A stretch of DNA of 64,000 nucleotides from Lama guanicoe (GCA_013239625.1 MU054187.1:14666974-14730973); one strand, 5' to 3'. Positions 13,201 to 28,989 are shown, numbered from the stretch's first letter. Notes: a model not told the origin generated them from the letters alone. Made by a program: numbers and translations.

Positions 13201-16200
13201 ATTATGGGAAGACAAAAATTATCTTTGATGGCCTGAAGAAAAATTACTTTCCATTTCAAAATTATACTTGGCAGACTCTTGGAAGTTTTCTAGAGCAGAG
13301 ATGACACTATACAGACTCCAAAGGAAAATATATTTGATAAGTCTGCATCAAAATTTAATGTGCCTATAGTTAAAATCCTACTGATGTATTAAAAAAAAAA
13401 AAACCCTAACAGTAGATCTGGGCCAGCTGGTATGCACAGGCAGAATCAGTCACAGGCTTTACTTCATAATGTAAAGAAGGCTCAGATTAAAAGATTTTAG
13501 ACAATTCTAGTTGAATAAAAAGTCATTAATGAAATATGAATTTTTCTTATCATAAGCTGTCATCGTATACATGTGCCTCTAAATAATGAAGCAACAGATC
13601 CTATTGCAAATAAAGGTCTTAGCATATAAATATATTATCTAGATAAATGTAAAACATTTTTACGTTAAAAATGACTGTAAGCATCCAATACTATAGAGGG
13701 TGAAATAGCTGTCTCTGATGCACCTGTGTCCTAAATGAGAGTAATAACATAAACACAAAATTTACAGAACAATTTGGTGAATAAGACTATAATTTCTATC
13801 GCAAAGCAACTTTAAAGTTTTCCCAATTTAAAAAACGTGTGTGCGCGTGTGCGCGTGTAGGAGATCAACTAAAGGAACGTGAAGGAAAGAAAAGGAATAT
13901 TCCACAAGGCATTAAAAGTCTTCTGTTTTCAGCTAAAAATACATGGAGTAAATAAAGAAATTACATCTGTATCTAATTCAGGATAAATGACTAAATTAGA
14001 GCATAAATGAAAACTGAGTTTTGGATTGACCTGGCATTGCATATACTGGTTTGAAAACAGCACATAAATTTCCCTTTGTATCATAAAAGTAATGATGATC
14101 AGAGCTAAAACTGAATTTCCCTTATATAGCAGGCAACAGAAAACAATTAGGATTCTAAATTAATCTAGTTAATGTATTTAGTACTGGTGTGTAGTATTTA
14201 ATGCCTAATCAAAAGCAGCAAAAGCTGAAATTTGTAGACTTATTTAAAAGATGCAGCAAGAAAACCGTTTTCTCTCATTTATAATTTTTCTCATCTGATC
14301 ATCTGTAATGTTACAATCTTGGATTTAAGCAACATCACAACCTCATTTTTTTTTTAAAGTAAGCAAACACAACCTTATTTGTTCATTAAAAACTGTCAAT
14401 ATCACCCCATAGATGAGCAGTCTCCTAAATTTTCCAGAAGTGAGATTAAGACCCAGTCCCTTGCTAGAGATCACATGGCTCACTAGCACAAGAGCTTAGA
14501 CATTTTAACTCGGCTTGGTGCTCTAGTATACCAAAATACTTCTAGGCTAATAAATATTTGCTTAAACCAACAAACCATTAGGTACAATATTTAAGAGTTT
14601 AGCCTAATAGGAATATAAAATCTTGGCGCAAATATGACTAGCCTGGAATTAAACCCAATTTGTACATTACAAATAAAACATCGTATGTAAAATCAGCGGC
14701 ATCTATTGATTTCCAGATCTTTAGTGTTTTAACAAACTTAGATAAAACTAAATGAAAGCTCAACTTTAAATTGCTAAGTCTAAATACATCCAAGCTTTGT
14801 TAATTTGTATGAAATTTTTTCTATATAGATAGGAATTACTAGGGTTAAACACTCTTCAACCTTTAATGTCAATTTTATATTGTTTCTCAGAGTATTTGCA
14901 CTATTTTGAAAGAATAGATAAATTTAGTAAAACACCTCACAGCTAAGATGACAGCTCCATACAAAGCAAGATGTCTCTAAATTTATTTCTCTTTGATCGT
15001 CAGCTGAATTTACTGCTTAAATTGTATTTCTCATTATAACAAAGGCTCTTCAAAAGGAGACTGTTACCTGTCAATAATTGCATGAAGGATAAGCAATCTA
15101 AAAAGCCTAAAATAATCTAGACAATACAAAAGTGAAGTATTAACTAAATAAAACAAAGGATTTTGTGGTAATATTTTCTGTGCTTAAATAAAATACTTGA
15201 GATTTGCACATAATTAAAAAAAAAACTAATCACCAAGTGTCAGAAAACTGGGAAGGTTTTCAATACTATATGGAATCATCTCTTAAATTTAACCAAATAA
15301 AAAATTTCTGCTATTCAATCATATGGCAAGATGTCCTGAAGTTTCATATATCCTCAGAAAAAGAGAAAAAGCAAGGCTAAAAAGATCAAACACCAAGTGT
15401 TCATCAAACCTTTCAGTCATTAGTCTTTATTAACATGCAGGTATCATGTGCCACAAGATACACAGGTTTTCCTAATCTTTCAGCTCTATTTCAGTATTTT
15501 TAACTTAAGGTTACTTCTGGATCTAACATATAAAGTAACCTACTAAAATGGGTCAAAGTTAAATTTTATTCTAGCTATCACCTTGACCTTTAAGATCAAC
15601 ATTTAGGTTTATAACTGGCATTATTTGTCACCAAGTAGCAGAAGGTAATTCTTGTACTTGATAATCTTCTATACTAAAATATGTACCAGTATGTCTTAAT
15701 AAGTTACTAAAATATATGCAATTAACATTTATATTTAATTGCTTTCAATAAGCTGGAAAGCACAATATAAGGTCTTCCAAGAGGAAAAATTACTTTTATA
15801 GATCTTGGTTGTTTATGGTTTTTGCAGGTTCCAGAAAAACTGGTCCATGTTAACCAGTCTTGAACTAAGCTGAAGACTTGAATTTATAGGCCCTATAATT
15901 ACGCTTTGTTTTACTACTGATAGGACAACAATAAACCCAACTCTAGTGCTGCTTTTCCCATGCCTAAGCAGACATGCTCTGGCATAGCTCTCCAAAACTT
16001 TTTTGACTTAGTATAAAAGCTGAATGACTTTTTATAAGCTTGATTTCAGCAGAAGACCCAGATAATGGATATCGTATTTATTGGAACATACTTTAATTAA
16101 TAGAAGATAATTAATATACTATATCAAAGTGCATTGTAAGATTTGCACTGCATCTCTCCACGATTTTCATATTTTATAACATTTCAGTTCGATGGAGGAA

Positions 16201-17062
16201 GACTGGAATAGTTCAGAAAAGTCTTGCTCTTAGGATCTAGATAAAGTTCAGAGTGATTCTTTTAACATATTTAAATAACCAGAAGTGTAATCACAACAAG
16301 GGGACCATGTGAGAAGAATGAATATTGCAGAGGAAACTTCATAGTCAATGAAGTACAGGACTTTGGATTGGCTAAAATGCACAATGCACATGAAACCAAA
16401 GTCATGTAGTTTACGTGTTGACCATGTGGCTACAGTTCAAAAAGTCACTGCTCCAAAAGCTATACCTAGTAATTTTCCAAAATTGCTTTTAAATAAAGTT
16501 CTTAAATTGTAGCAATAAACAAAAAGACAAGATACACTTAAACAACACTGCAGTTTATCAAAAGACACATAAGAAATTTCAACTCTTATGTCTTTGACAG
16601 TTATAAAAATCAATATTTTGGCTAAGTTATAAACATGTTTATAATGCAATTATTTGCATAACTCTAGTAATGCTAACGATGGCTATAAGATCAGAATAGG
16701 TTTTTAAAAAAACATTACAAACATAAAAATACGTAGCCCCATTAATTACCTGTAGAACGTGTTCAAATTATGCCTAAATTTCCGCATTTACTATATCACC
16801 ACTGCTCTAATATTAAAATTCACATCCAAAGGATAAGGCGAAACCACCTACGAATTGGCATATTTGTTTATTTCTCAATTTGTGAAAATGTCCTTAATTT
16901 GTTGATGTAGCAAACAAATTTCAACTCTGATTGCTATGCAAAAGAACAGAAGATAATCTGCTTTGCAATGAACTTTAAAGTTCAATTGCACACAGGCAAC
17001 ATGCTATATATGAAAAAATTACTAACTGAACTATAGGTATTAAATACTGAAAAAGTTAACAG

Positions 17063-17082
17063 TTTATTATAATTTATTTTAT

Positions 17083-17083
<1 letters not shown>
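17063..17083 (-). terminator. ELOC: Cluster of three AATAAA signals at and just after the ELOC stop
   Basis: Plus-strand tttatt at 17063-68, 17073-78 and 17078-83. Further candidates at 16867-72 and 15426-31. Confidence 0.55.
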
Positions 17084-17670
<587 letters not shown>

Positions 17671-19009
17671 ATGTGAAAAGGGAAAAAATCCAACTAGCAT
17701 CAAACGATGTATCTAGCTCTGATTTCAGAGTAGAAACATAAAGAAATCTCATCGGCTACTTCCCTTTGTTTAATAAGTTCATAAACTGTTTTTAGTGATC
17801 TCCCAAAATTTCTTTAGCTATGTAAAGGTTACATAATTTAGCCCTTACCATAGGGAGAAGGTATTTTCTTGGCACTGTGTACTGAATATAAAAAGCAGGA
17901 AAATATACTTTCTGAGAATGTAGCATTTTAAAAGTTTTCTAGTAATTGTCCATTGGTTGACAATGAGTAGTTGCTAGCACCTAGAGTGGGGTCTTTCAGT
18001 ACGACTTTTCACTAAAAACAAAAACAGGGCTCTTTAGAAAAATGGTTGTTGCCAGTATTGAGGAATAATGTACAATATGAACCTGAGAAATTTTGTTATT
18101 CAGAAAATACAGCTATCCAAGACTCAGAGCCATGTCAGAAGGACACAGGAGCCAACCTGATGTGCTCCCTCTGGCATCAAAATGGAGCAAATCTGAGCAT
18201 CAGTAAGAATGACTGCACTGGACTGAAAAATCGTATCTAAAAAGTATAAATGCAAAAACACAAATAAAACACTCCTTACGACTGGAGGATGCTGGAGAAC
18301 CAATTCATAACTCTGAAAAATTGTATGTGAAGGGAAAATAATCAAGCATTTATCTTTTTTTTCCTGTACAGACTGTATTTCAGGGAAACCCAAAAGTTCT
18401 TTAAAGGAGAATTCGAACTAATAAATGTAGAAGAAATTACAGAACTAGAAAACTCCTGTTTTGTAATTCCAACGGAAGTAAATTTCAGCAATTACTACAG
18501 TGAATGCTAAAACTATTATGTGAAAGTCTGACTAGGGAATTGCTCATAGACAAATCAGCTTAACCCTGAAACCCACCAATCAATCTTGATTGACATTGCT
18601 AAAATATGTGATACGATAGAAATATACTAGTACCGCCTATAAAGTATTCTTGTTAGAAAAATGAACTGGATTCTAATCAAGCCTCTAGGGTTCTAATTAT
18701 GAGTGTAAAAGATGAAACATGACTTAGTCTAATCTGGATGTGGACAGTACACAAACAACTTTGTTTCTAGTAAAACTGATGGTCTGAAGAAAAGGGAAGT
18801 CACAGAGGACTATCATAGATGTTGCGAGTGAAATGACTTAATGTCAGGAATTTGCTTGAAATATTTCTTTAAAAAGGTGAGTGTAATAGCAAAACAAGAT
18901 AAGCAAAATGTTGATAACAACTGAAGTTGGTCGATGGGTACATGGAGGTGTGTCATGCTATTCTTGCCACTTCTGTGTATGTTCTAAAATCTCCGTATTA
19001 AAAAAAAAA

Positions 19010-19930
19010 TAGAAAAGGAATTGCAAAGGATCCCAAATAGCCAAAACAATTTTGAAAAGGAGAAACAAACACAGGGGCCTTACACTTCCCAATTTCAAAA
19101 CTTACTTCAAAGCTACAGTAATCAAAATAGTGCCATACTGGCTTAAGGACAGATATATAGATCAATGGAAGAGAACAGAGATAAACCTGCACGTATATGG
19201 TCAACTGATTATCAACAAGGACGCCAAGACTATTCAATGGAGGAAAGTATGGTCTTTTCAACAATGGTATTAGGATGTCCACATGCACAAGAATGAAGCT
19301 GATTCACACTATATACAAAAATTAACTTAAAATCAAAAGCATCAATGTTAAGAACTTAAGCCACAAACTATTAAGAAAACATAGGGGTAAATCTTCATGA
19401 TATCGAATTTGGCAATGGAATTTCAGATAGTACTCCAAAAATCACAAACAAAGGGAAAACAGATAAACTGGATTTCATCAAAGTAAAAAGCTCTGTGCGT
19501 CAAAAGACACTATCAAGAAAAAAGACAACCTACAGAATGGAGAAAATAATTCCAACTCATGTCTAGTGTCCAGAATTTACAAAGAACTCATTAACAGCAA
19601 TAAAAAAGACAAGTCAATTAAAAAATAGGCAACAGAAAAGAACAGATACTTCTCAAAAGATGTACAAATGACCAGCAAGCACTTTAAGATATTTTCAACA
19701 TCATTAGTCATTAGGGAATTGCGAATCAAACGTACAAGGAGACATGTAGCACTTCACACCCACTAAGATGGCTAGAATTAGAAAAATGGAAAATGTGAAT
19801 GAGTACGTGGAGAAACTGGAATCCTCATACATTGCTGGTAGGAATGTAAAATGGTTCAGCCACTGGGCAAACAGTTCAGCATCCTCCAGAAGTTAAACAT
19901 AAAATGACTCTATGCTCCAGAAATTCCAAT
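19010..19930 (+). mobile_element. L1 ORF2 C-terminal fragment (degraded)
   Basis: ORF 19052..19273 (GLTLPNFKTYFKATVIKIVPYWLKDRYIDQWKR) is a classic L1 ORF2 motif. Confidence 0.9.
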
Positions 19931-20252
19931 TCTCAAGAAAAAAATTTTTGAGGTAAACTGTTAAGAATAGACATTTGGGAGGCGGTAACATCTATAGATA
20001 AACTTTACATGTAACCAGGAGCACAGATCAACAATCAGAGTCCTTCTGTGGCGAAGAAATCGACCTTGGAAACTAATGTAGGGAAATGATCCCTCCGATT
20101 ACAAAATAGTCAATTTGGTCTAATTGAAACTAGGGTAAATAACTGAAAACAGGAAACAGCAGAAACCACTTTTTTCAATGTAACATAATCATGCAATAAG
20201 TAATGTTAGAAAAGTTGCTGTCTCTCTTTCTTCTAATGTTATGAGTCATTTA

Positions 20253-20552
<300 letters not shown>

Positions 20553-22243
20553 TCAGACCAGAAACATTTCTGGAGGGTAACAGCCACTAAGATTTTAAAG
20601 TTTTTGACTCCTTGTTTTATTATTCTCTAAATATTTTCCAATGTCAGAATAAACTCTACATTCAAGGATATTACTTTAGATGAATATTTACCAGTATTTT
20701 TCAATCAAGTATTAACAATTAGTAAACACAGCAGCACATTCAATTATGAAGACTAAAAAAAAATTCAAGTAGTAAGACTTTAATTCTACCATGCGAAATA
20801 CTCATTTTAAAAACAAGATGCATAGTGTGTTTTTGAAGACAATTGTTATATGCCACGTGAGATGAACTTCTGACAAGCCTCAAATTTTAAGCTAGAGCTT
20901 CCTTTATTCAGCATTTTACTCTTGATCCATAAAAACAATGATCAAAACATTTTACTGCCCAGTTTAAATTCCTGCATGACTTAAGTAATGAATATAGACA
21001 AATACCAGTCTTTAAAAATTCAAAGTAGAGATGAGGAGACATTTTGTAGATGTTACTCTGCTACCCGCTACTCCCACTGCCACTACACTGGCTTCAGCCC
21101 CAGGAGCTCGCTCAACATAACTTTTGGGGGAGAGTACGTATTTCTGTATATCCATTTAACATCTTTTCTCATGTATATAACTTTACAATTTTGTATTGAC
21201 AGGATTTTAATTTTTATGGTTACTGATATTTGAAAGAAAATATCTTAAGGCTTATTCTAAAAACTTAGGAAGCCTTAGAGAGAAGAATAGAGGATGAAGC
21301 TGAAGTACTGCTCAGTCACAAGAATCCACTTACAGACTTGCTAATAATTTAGAAGTCTCTAAAACTGAGATTAATATCAAAATCACCTATGTACTACTGC
21401 TGCCAAAAATATTTAATCTGAATCTAATCAGTAGGAAATACTCAGACAAATCTAAATTTAAGTGTCATGAAAAACCTCACTCCTAACCCCACCCAAGAAT
21501 AGAACAGTTTAAAGGAGACAAAAGAGACAAATTAATGCAGTAAGTAATCCTTGATTGGATCCTAGATTTAAAATAATAAACCTCTGTAAAGAACACTATT
21601 GAAAAAACTGTGAAATTTTGCATATGGACTAAGGAGACACATGCTAAAGTACTTAGGTATGCAGTGTTACATGTACAACTAAATAAATCGTATAGAAAAA
21701 GCATATGTGTTCATGAGTGTATATGTAGGTTTATAAACACATACATATATACATACAGAAAAAGCAAATGTGGCAAAACGTTAATAATTGGTGAAGGGTA
21801 TAGTGTATTATTCTAGCAATTTTTCATAATAAAAAGCTAGGGGACTCATAACAATGCAAGTAACTTCTAAATTATATGCAATTCAAGCATACAGATTTCT
21901 AGCAGTTTTTGCCAACCTCTGAGAACACAAAAATAATTATCAATTATTTAAATTTATAATTCTAGTATTTTCTGCAAGCTAAACCATTTTATATGTCTGT
22001 TGGGAAAGTTTCTAATTTCTTAAGGTACAATTATTCACTAGCAATCACAAATTAAACTTGGCACAATAAAGTTACTGATCTGCCTTTCAGAAATATGTAG
22101 TGAAACATAAGTTGTTGATTTAGACAACTAACATCAGTCTTCTCTATTTTCTTACATGCATTCAGTGACTTCAAAGGCCTATGTTTGAGAAGAAAAACCA
22201 GCTTCACCTAATTGAAGTACAAAATTACTTTTATACAACTTAC

Positions 22244-22247
22244 CCAT
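22244..22247 (-). CDS. ELOC: Elongin C start (ATG G) at the end of a 54-nt mostly 5'UTR exon (22244-22297)
   Basis: Minus strand reads ttttag|GAAACTGCTAAAG...CATAATGG|gtaag; ATG G joined to AT gives M-D in frame with the next exon. Confidence 0.93.
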
Positions 22248-22979
22248 TATGTTCTTATGAAATTCTACTTTGCGTCCACAGGAACTTTAGCAGTTTCCTA
22301 AAAATATAACAAGATTAATGCCAGGATAACAGGTTTTCACCCATTATTATTTAATGTGTCCTTGGTGTTACAAGTGCAAGGACTCTCTCTGCTATGCAGA
22401 AGTTTCCCAACAACCATAGTATGGAACAGTCTCACGTTTCTGAACATCTGAGAAAAGACAATGACCTCCAGGACAGTAAACTCCAACTACAGGTCTGTTC
22501 CCCATACCCCTCCCCCTGCCCCCTTTTATGGTAACTATTCTGACAACAGTTTAAAAATACAGACATTATTACTTAGGTGCTGAACTGAACTTGAAGGAGA
22601 TTCTTGGTCTTAATCATCTCTGTATACTGTATCAACTAGACACTAAGGCAAATGAATGACAACATGATAAATCCAAGGACATGAAGTAGCTTTCATGAGA
22701 ATGAAAAAGATGAAGCCTGCCTTCTTCTTACATAAGTGTGCACACCTGTAATACATTTTACTGTTCCATTCCTTCTGCAAAGAAGCTACTGAAATTCTGA
22801 GATTTAACAATGAAGTGGTAAAAAAATTATAATTTTTGAGAAAGTTTAAATTTTACAAATGAAATGATTGCTAAAGGTGAAGAGCTCATGTTTTCAATAA
22901 TTTATACTTTAACAGGATTTCAAAGGAAGATTTTATTTATACCAATATTATTTTTATGTTATCAGGAAAACAGCATATC

Positions 22980-23220
22980 CATTACTAGCAACAATCTAAG
23001 GACCTAGTAAGCATAAACATTGCACTAAATGCCTTACATACATTATGTTATTTCAAAACAACACTTCCACAGGGGAATTACTATTCCCATTTTAGAGATG
23101 AGTAAACACTAAGAGGCTGCTACTTGCTCAAGACTTCTACAGCTTAAGTGGCAACATGAGAATTTAAACTTAGGTAGGTTTGCTTTGGAGCCCACATTCT
23201 CTTCCATTATTCTATACTGC
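22980..23220 (-). mobile_element. MIR
   Basis: Antisense MIR core attcccattttagagatgagtaaacact...cttgctcaag. Confidence 0.6.
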
Positions 23221-24601
23221 CATGGTAATAAATTCTGGCTCCTGTTAAAACTTCTTTTCCACTACTGCTGAGGGGAGCTGATATAAATCCCTAGATAGTT
23301 ATCTAAAATTTAAAAATAGTACTATGTCATTTTATGGTAATAATAGTAGGCGATTAAAAAATTTATCAGTCATTCTTACTTTCTTCTGTTCATATTGCTT
23401 TGTACTCATTCTTCTAAAAAACAAAAAAGGGAAAAATGCTAGAAAAGCTAAAAGAACAAGAATTTCAAATGCCTACTTTTCTCTGGAAAATCTCCAGAAT
23501 GAAACATCTAGGATGTTTATTTAACTAGTAGTAGCTAAGCAACCACAAACAGTCACATCTTAGAAGGCCTTTGGGTAGCAACAGTTTTTGTACGGATTTC
23601 TTAATATAGTAAATCAATTCTATCATTTATACAAGAGTTGCAGGTGGCAGGGGGAGGGAACTCCCCATCACTAACAAAAAAAGAGTAAATCAACATTAAT
23701 AGTTAAGCGTAAATCCTGACTCCAAGATAGAAGTTAAAAATATTTGAAATATGATTAAATTTGAACTTAACCCACAAATAACCTATACAAATCTAAGTTT
23801 GGTGCTACAAAAATCTCAGGGTGAACAGTCGAACATCTACTCCATAACAGAGCTGAGTTCTGGAAATATGAATAAGGTAGGTAAAAGGAAGTGGTTGAAT
23901 AGTGGGTTGAGAATAGTTCTAAGCAGAAGACATGAACAGAAGTCTGATGTCATACTTTTAGTGTTATATATAAACATTGTTCTTTTAGTTTTTTTTTTTT
24001 TTTTTGTTACAAATTTTTAGAAATTCTAAGGGCCTACACTGAAATCAGTTTTTAACCTAGTACCATTGAACACCGAAAAGATCTTTGAAGAGCCCACTGC
24101 TCTTCTGATTTGAAATGTTACTTTTATCATATACTATATTACTACATGGATTTCTACACTGTATTCTGCTTTATCAATCTGTTTATACCTGACAAGTATC
24201 CCCCCTGTTTTAATTACAATAGTGTGATAAACATGTTTTGCTAATAAATGGCTGGGCCAGGCCCATTTTGTTATTACACATTTTGTGTGAGGTCTACTTT
24301 TAGGTATTTTACAGTTCCCATTATGAATGGGATCTGTTTTCCTATTATACTTTCTGAAAAGTTATTGTTGGTGTTTTAAAGAAAATCTTTTAAATTCGGT
24401 AGGTTGGTCTTATATTCCATCATCTTCACAGAACTCTTACTAGTTCTAATAGTTTTTTCAGTTGACTTGTCTAGATTATCTAAGTAAATGAGAACAAGTC
24501 TATTCTTTGTGTCTTTTTGCCTTTTTACAACTGGCTATTTACTTGGAGAAAAAATAAGGTTAGATGTCTAACTGACATCACTTACAAAAATACACTACAG
24601 A

Positions 24602-24743
24602 GGGAGGGTGGTACAGCTCAGTGGTAGAGCGTGTGCTTAGCATGCACAAGGTCCTAGGTTCAATCCCCAGTAACTCCATTAAAATAAATAAACCTAATTA
24701 CCTCTTCCCCCAAAATAAAAATAAATAAATAAATAAATAAAAC
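24602..24743 (+). mobile_element. tRNA-derived camelid-type SINE, full length
   Basis: A-box-like tacagctcagtggtagagc, B-box ggttcaatccc, cctaattacctc tail and (TAAA)n; TSD cactacaga at 24593-24601 and 24744-24752. Confidence 0.9.
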
Positions 24744-25159
24744 CACTACAGATTAAAGACCCAAATGTATATAAATATACATTAAAAAAAAAAAAACCCC
24801 ACTGATCTCTGGAAAAATAGCAGAAGAAAAAACACAAATAGCTCATAGACCTGTATAAAAATGCTTAATCCCAATGATAAGGAAAACAAAAACTAAAACA
24901 TTAAAACTTGCTAAGAATCAAGTTTTGGAGGTGAGGGGAAGTAAGTGATACTAAATAAAAATAGTATATACTTACAAAATATTATGGGGTAGTGAAAAGG
25001 AAGAAGTTAAATCTATATATGTCATAACATGGAAATGGCACCAAGATAACTTAATTTTTTAAAAAGCAGATTAGAATGATACATAGTTTGATGCCATTTA
25101 TGTAAAATAAGTGGCTTCTCACCTATTAATCTTGTATTTTCTGCAGAAAAACAAAATGC

Positions 25160-25550
25160 ATAAAAATAACCCCAAACAGCCAAAGCAATCTTGAGAAAGA
25201 ACAGAGCTGGAAGTACCACACTCCCTGATTTCAAACTATACTATAAGCTACAGTAATCAAAACAATATGCAAAAACAATCACACAAATCAACAGAATAGA
25301 GAGCCCAGAAATGAGTCCATACTTACATGGTCAGTTAATCTCTGACAAAAGAGACAGATACACAATGGGAAAAAGACAACCTCCTCAACAAATGATGTGG
25401 GGAAAACTGGACTGATACATGCAAAAGAATCAAACTGGACTTTCTTACACTATACACAAAAATAAACTCAAAAATGGATTACATACTTAAATATAAGTCC
25501 TAAAATCATAAAACTCCTAGAAGAAAACACAGGCAGTACATTCTTAAATG
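25160..25550 (+). mobile_element. L1 ORF2 fragment
   Basis: ccaaagcaatcttgagaaagaacagagctggaag...cctgatttcaaactatactataagctacagtaatcaaaac. Confidence 0.85.
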
Positions 25551-25599
25551 ATGGACTAAAAAAAATAAATATAAAATAAATCCTGACTTTGCTTCATCC

Positions 25600-27425
25600 C
25601 ACTGCTAAGAATTCACCCGAATTGGCACCATGCATGCCTCACAGCCGTTTAACCAACTCCCTGCCTGCTCCTCTGATGGAACTACCCACCCAAATCCCAC
25701 CCCTGGCCAAACCTGATTCTGCACCTAAGCTCAGGCCTCAACCACAGAGCTGAATTGACTGAAGAAAAAGTCGCAACCATTCTGACTGGTCTCATTTTAA
25801 ATTTATGACCACACACTTTAGACAGGTACTTGGTGTTGTAGTGATCCTCTTACCTAGTAAACTGGCTTTCCTATCTGAGAAAATTTACAGCTTCTCCTAA
25901 ACCTCCAACACCCCTCTCCTCCCTACCCTGACAACTTGACTTCACCAAGAAAACAGAAACAAATCACATTCACTGTCTTGTCTTTCCAATTTCATCCTAC
26001 CTGCATCCATACACTAAACTATACTGTCCGCCTTCCTGTGTATTCAAAAGTTGTATAAAAATCATCCTTCCTATCCAAGGCCAACATTCCCACTTAAGCT
26101 CAGTGATCCAAGGACTTTGTCCTGCCACTATTCCCAAAACATCAAAATACTGTAACATCATCACTACCATCCTCTTCTCCATAACCCAAACTGATCAGAC
26201 TTTTGGCCCACTAGTCCATTCAAAGCGCTCCTGTCAAATTTCAACTATTTTACTTGGTCGTTTGGTCAATTTTTAACCCTCATCTTACTCTTAGGGTTTT
26301 AAGTTGACTACGCCTTCTTTCCTAATACCCCTAGTATTACAGCTGCCACACCCTCCTGGCTTTTCTGCTTCCATGACAGTTTGTTCCTCTGACCAGAGTG
26401 CTCTCCCCTCTTCTCTGTTAATAATCTTGATATCCTCTGGTCCATAGTTTTAAATAACATCTATAAAATATGACTCCAGGATTAGCTCCCTAGCCTGACT
26501 TCTCCCCTGAGCAACAGTAGTGAACAGCCTACTTGCCTACTGTAAATACTCTGAGCTGTGTAACATTTATCAAACTCAGCACATCCCACACAGAACTCCT
26601 GCTTTGTTCCTCAGAAGGGCACCCTCCCCAGTCTTCCTCATTTCAGTAAACGGTACTACTGTTCACCCAGATGCTCGGGCAAAACAGTTGATTCCTCAAA
26701 ATTTTTTTATCCTGGGGTGAAGGCTAAGACCCATTCATTTGGCTCCGTCTTCAAATTATATTCCAAGTAAGACCACTTCTCACTAACTTCCAACTCTTCA
26801 CCTCTAGTTCAAGTTATGATATCTCAACTGAACTACTATAAGCCTCTTTAGGGGCTGGTTTCTCCATTTTCCTCCAACTCGTTCAGTTTGCCACTCAGCA
26901 ACTAGTCATCAAAAACATAAACTTGATGTCACTCCCCTGCACAAAATCCTCTAATGGCTTCTCATTTACAGACAGAATATGGACTAGAAAGTTCCATCTT
27001 ATTTAGTCCTTGCTAACCACTCTGATCTCATCTCCTGTCACTCTTCCTTCATTATGCTCCAGCCATACTGGCCTTCTAAGTATCGTAATAGGTCAAATTC
27101 ATTCCTCCCTTAAGGTCAATTTGCAGTTACTGCTATCTTATAAACTTTTCCTTCAGATCTTCATGATTTTGGTCTCCAGGCAAAACATCAACTCCTCAGG
27201 GAGGCAGGTGCACCTTGATCACTTCCCTCTTAAAATTAGACACTTCCCTCCTAGTTACTCTAACTTAATCTAACTCTAATTTTGCTGTATTAGCTTCACA
27301 TTTATCACCACCTGAAACTATATCTTTGCTTACTTAATGTATAGCTTCCTTCCTCAAGCTCCACAAAGGTAGGCCTCGTATAGTGCCTGGAATATAAAAG
27401 ATGCTCAATACATATGTGAGTGAAT
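25600..27425 (+). mobile_element. Ancient L2 LINE (degraded)
   Basis: C/T-rich L2-type text ending gtgcctggaatataaaagatgctcaatacatatgtgagtgaatg. Confidence 0.65.
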
Positions 27426-28179
27426 GGCACTACTGTTTTCTTAATCATCAAGGCTTGAAATTTCAAGTGTCACTAGGTAGGCCTTTTCTGATCATATTTA
27501 ATAATGAAACAGTAAACATTTAGGACAGGTTAGCTAAAATGCATTAACACATATCACTGTAAATACAAAGATCCAGATTATTTTCTAGTACTGAGAAATC
27601 TACCCAAAAAACCCGAAGAAGAGATTAGTAAGATATAACTAAATATTACTATGGAACTGGATATATAGGGTTGACTAACTTCTGACTACAAACTATTGCC
27701 TAATTATATTACAGAATTACCATAAGGTAATGAAAGTGCCATCTTCCACTTTGAATACATATATATGTGTGTGTACATATAAATATACATATGTAGGAAT
27801 GGTAGATAGTTATTAGGTAAATCTCATACTTAAGTGAAAAAAGGACAGTCACTTAAAAATATTCGGGGATCAAAAAGGATATTTGGCGGTTTGAAAAAGA
27901 GGTCTTAAAACCAAAGGATTTCGGTTGTTTTCTACAGTGAAGGCGATGCAGAGTAGAAATGCTCGCACTAATAAATAACTCCATAGGTAAACTAAAAAGG
28001 TTTTAGTTCCAGAAGAGAAACTTAATGGCCACTGTACTTGACATGAGATACCTCCTTTGAAATGAGACTGGGAGGCAGACGCAGGGCAGCCCCAAACCAT
28101 TAAGCCGGGCAGGATCACCCAACAAGTTGACCAGGAGGTAAACTTCTTGGAGACCTGCAGCTGGAAACAGCGAGGGCCC

Positions 28180-28920
28180 TCTCCTACGACTAGGGGCTCA
28201 CTCCAAGAAAAGGACGAATCGGAGTGCACCCGGGGAAAGCAAAAAGGAAAAGCGACAAGGCTGCCATGCTTCCTAACTCCACCCTCCCCGCGCTTAGCCC
28301 CAAGAAGGCCCAATCTCGCAAGCCGCCGCCCCTCCTTCCACCCTTTTCTAAGCCCACCGAGCGGCGCCAGGAAAGGTCCGGCCACCCTCCTCTCCCCTCC
28401 CCCAAACCAGGAGCTGAAGAGGCCGGGAGAGGTGAAGAGCTTCCGTTCCTTCCCCGCCCAAATGGGAAGGGGTGGGAAGTGGGGTTGCGAGCGCGCCCAG
28501 TACGAGCCTCCCTCGTCCCCCCCTCCGCGAACCCGGAGCTCCGTTCCCACCCCAGCTCCATTCCCATCCCAGACTCACTCGTCAGCCCCGCAGCCACCGC
28601 AGCCACCGCACCGGGTCCCAGGCGCACCGCTACAGCCCCTACACCAGGGCCACCCCCCCACCCCCAGCTGCCTGCCGCCGTGGGTTCCGGGGCAGTGGGA
28701 GGGGAATCACTTCCGCTGGGTCACGGACGTTTTCTACGAAGCGCGGGAGATTAGTACCTAGTGAGGCGGAGTCGCAGTGAGTCCGTCGCCTGCCGGCGTC
28801 TACAGGAAGTGCGCAGCGCCCCCTCCCCTTTCCCTCAGGCCAGCCTGCGAGGGCGGCGGTCCCTGGCGAGTCTCAACCAATCCTATTCTGAGTCTTCTGA
28901 TTCCCAGCATGCAGCGCCAA
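28180..28920 (-). promoter_or_regulatory. ELOC: ELOC CpG-island promoter and non-coding first exon(s)
   Basis: GC/CpG-rich. ETS motifs CACTTCCG (28708-28715) and CAGGAAGTG (~28803), CCAAT at 28877. Minus-strand donors GA|gtgagt (exon end 28579) and TAG|gtacta (exon end 28758). Confidence 0.85.
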
Positions 28921-28989
28921 CCCTGATCTGATTTCCTCCGGGACAGCATCCTCAAAGAGGTGGTGGTGGTGGTGGGGGGTAGTTATGAA

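Noticed and set aside
19052..19273. ORF with reverse-transcriptase-element similarity
   Set aside because: Short, frameshifted L1 ORF2 debris, not a gene or an active element; the same applies to 51197-51379.
24605..24675. tRNA-like sequence (A and B boxes)
   Set aside because: It is a SINE head: followed by the SINE tail and A-rich tract, flanked by a TSD, and present in multiple diverged copies. Not a tRNA gene.
27870..28780. Long overlapping ORFs (up to 226 aa) on both strands
   Set aside because: They lie in the ELOC CpG island, where stops are depleted. The products are low-complexity P/G/R sequence with no recognisable domain.
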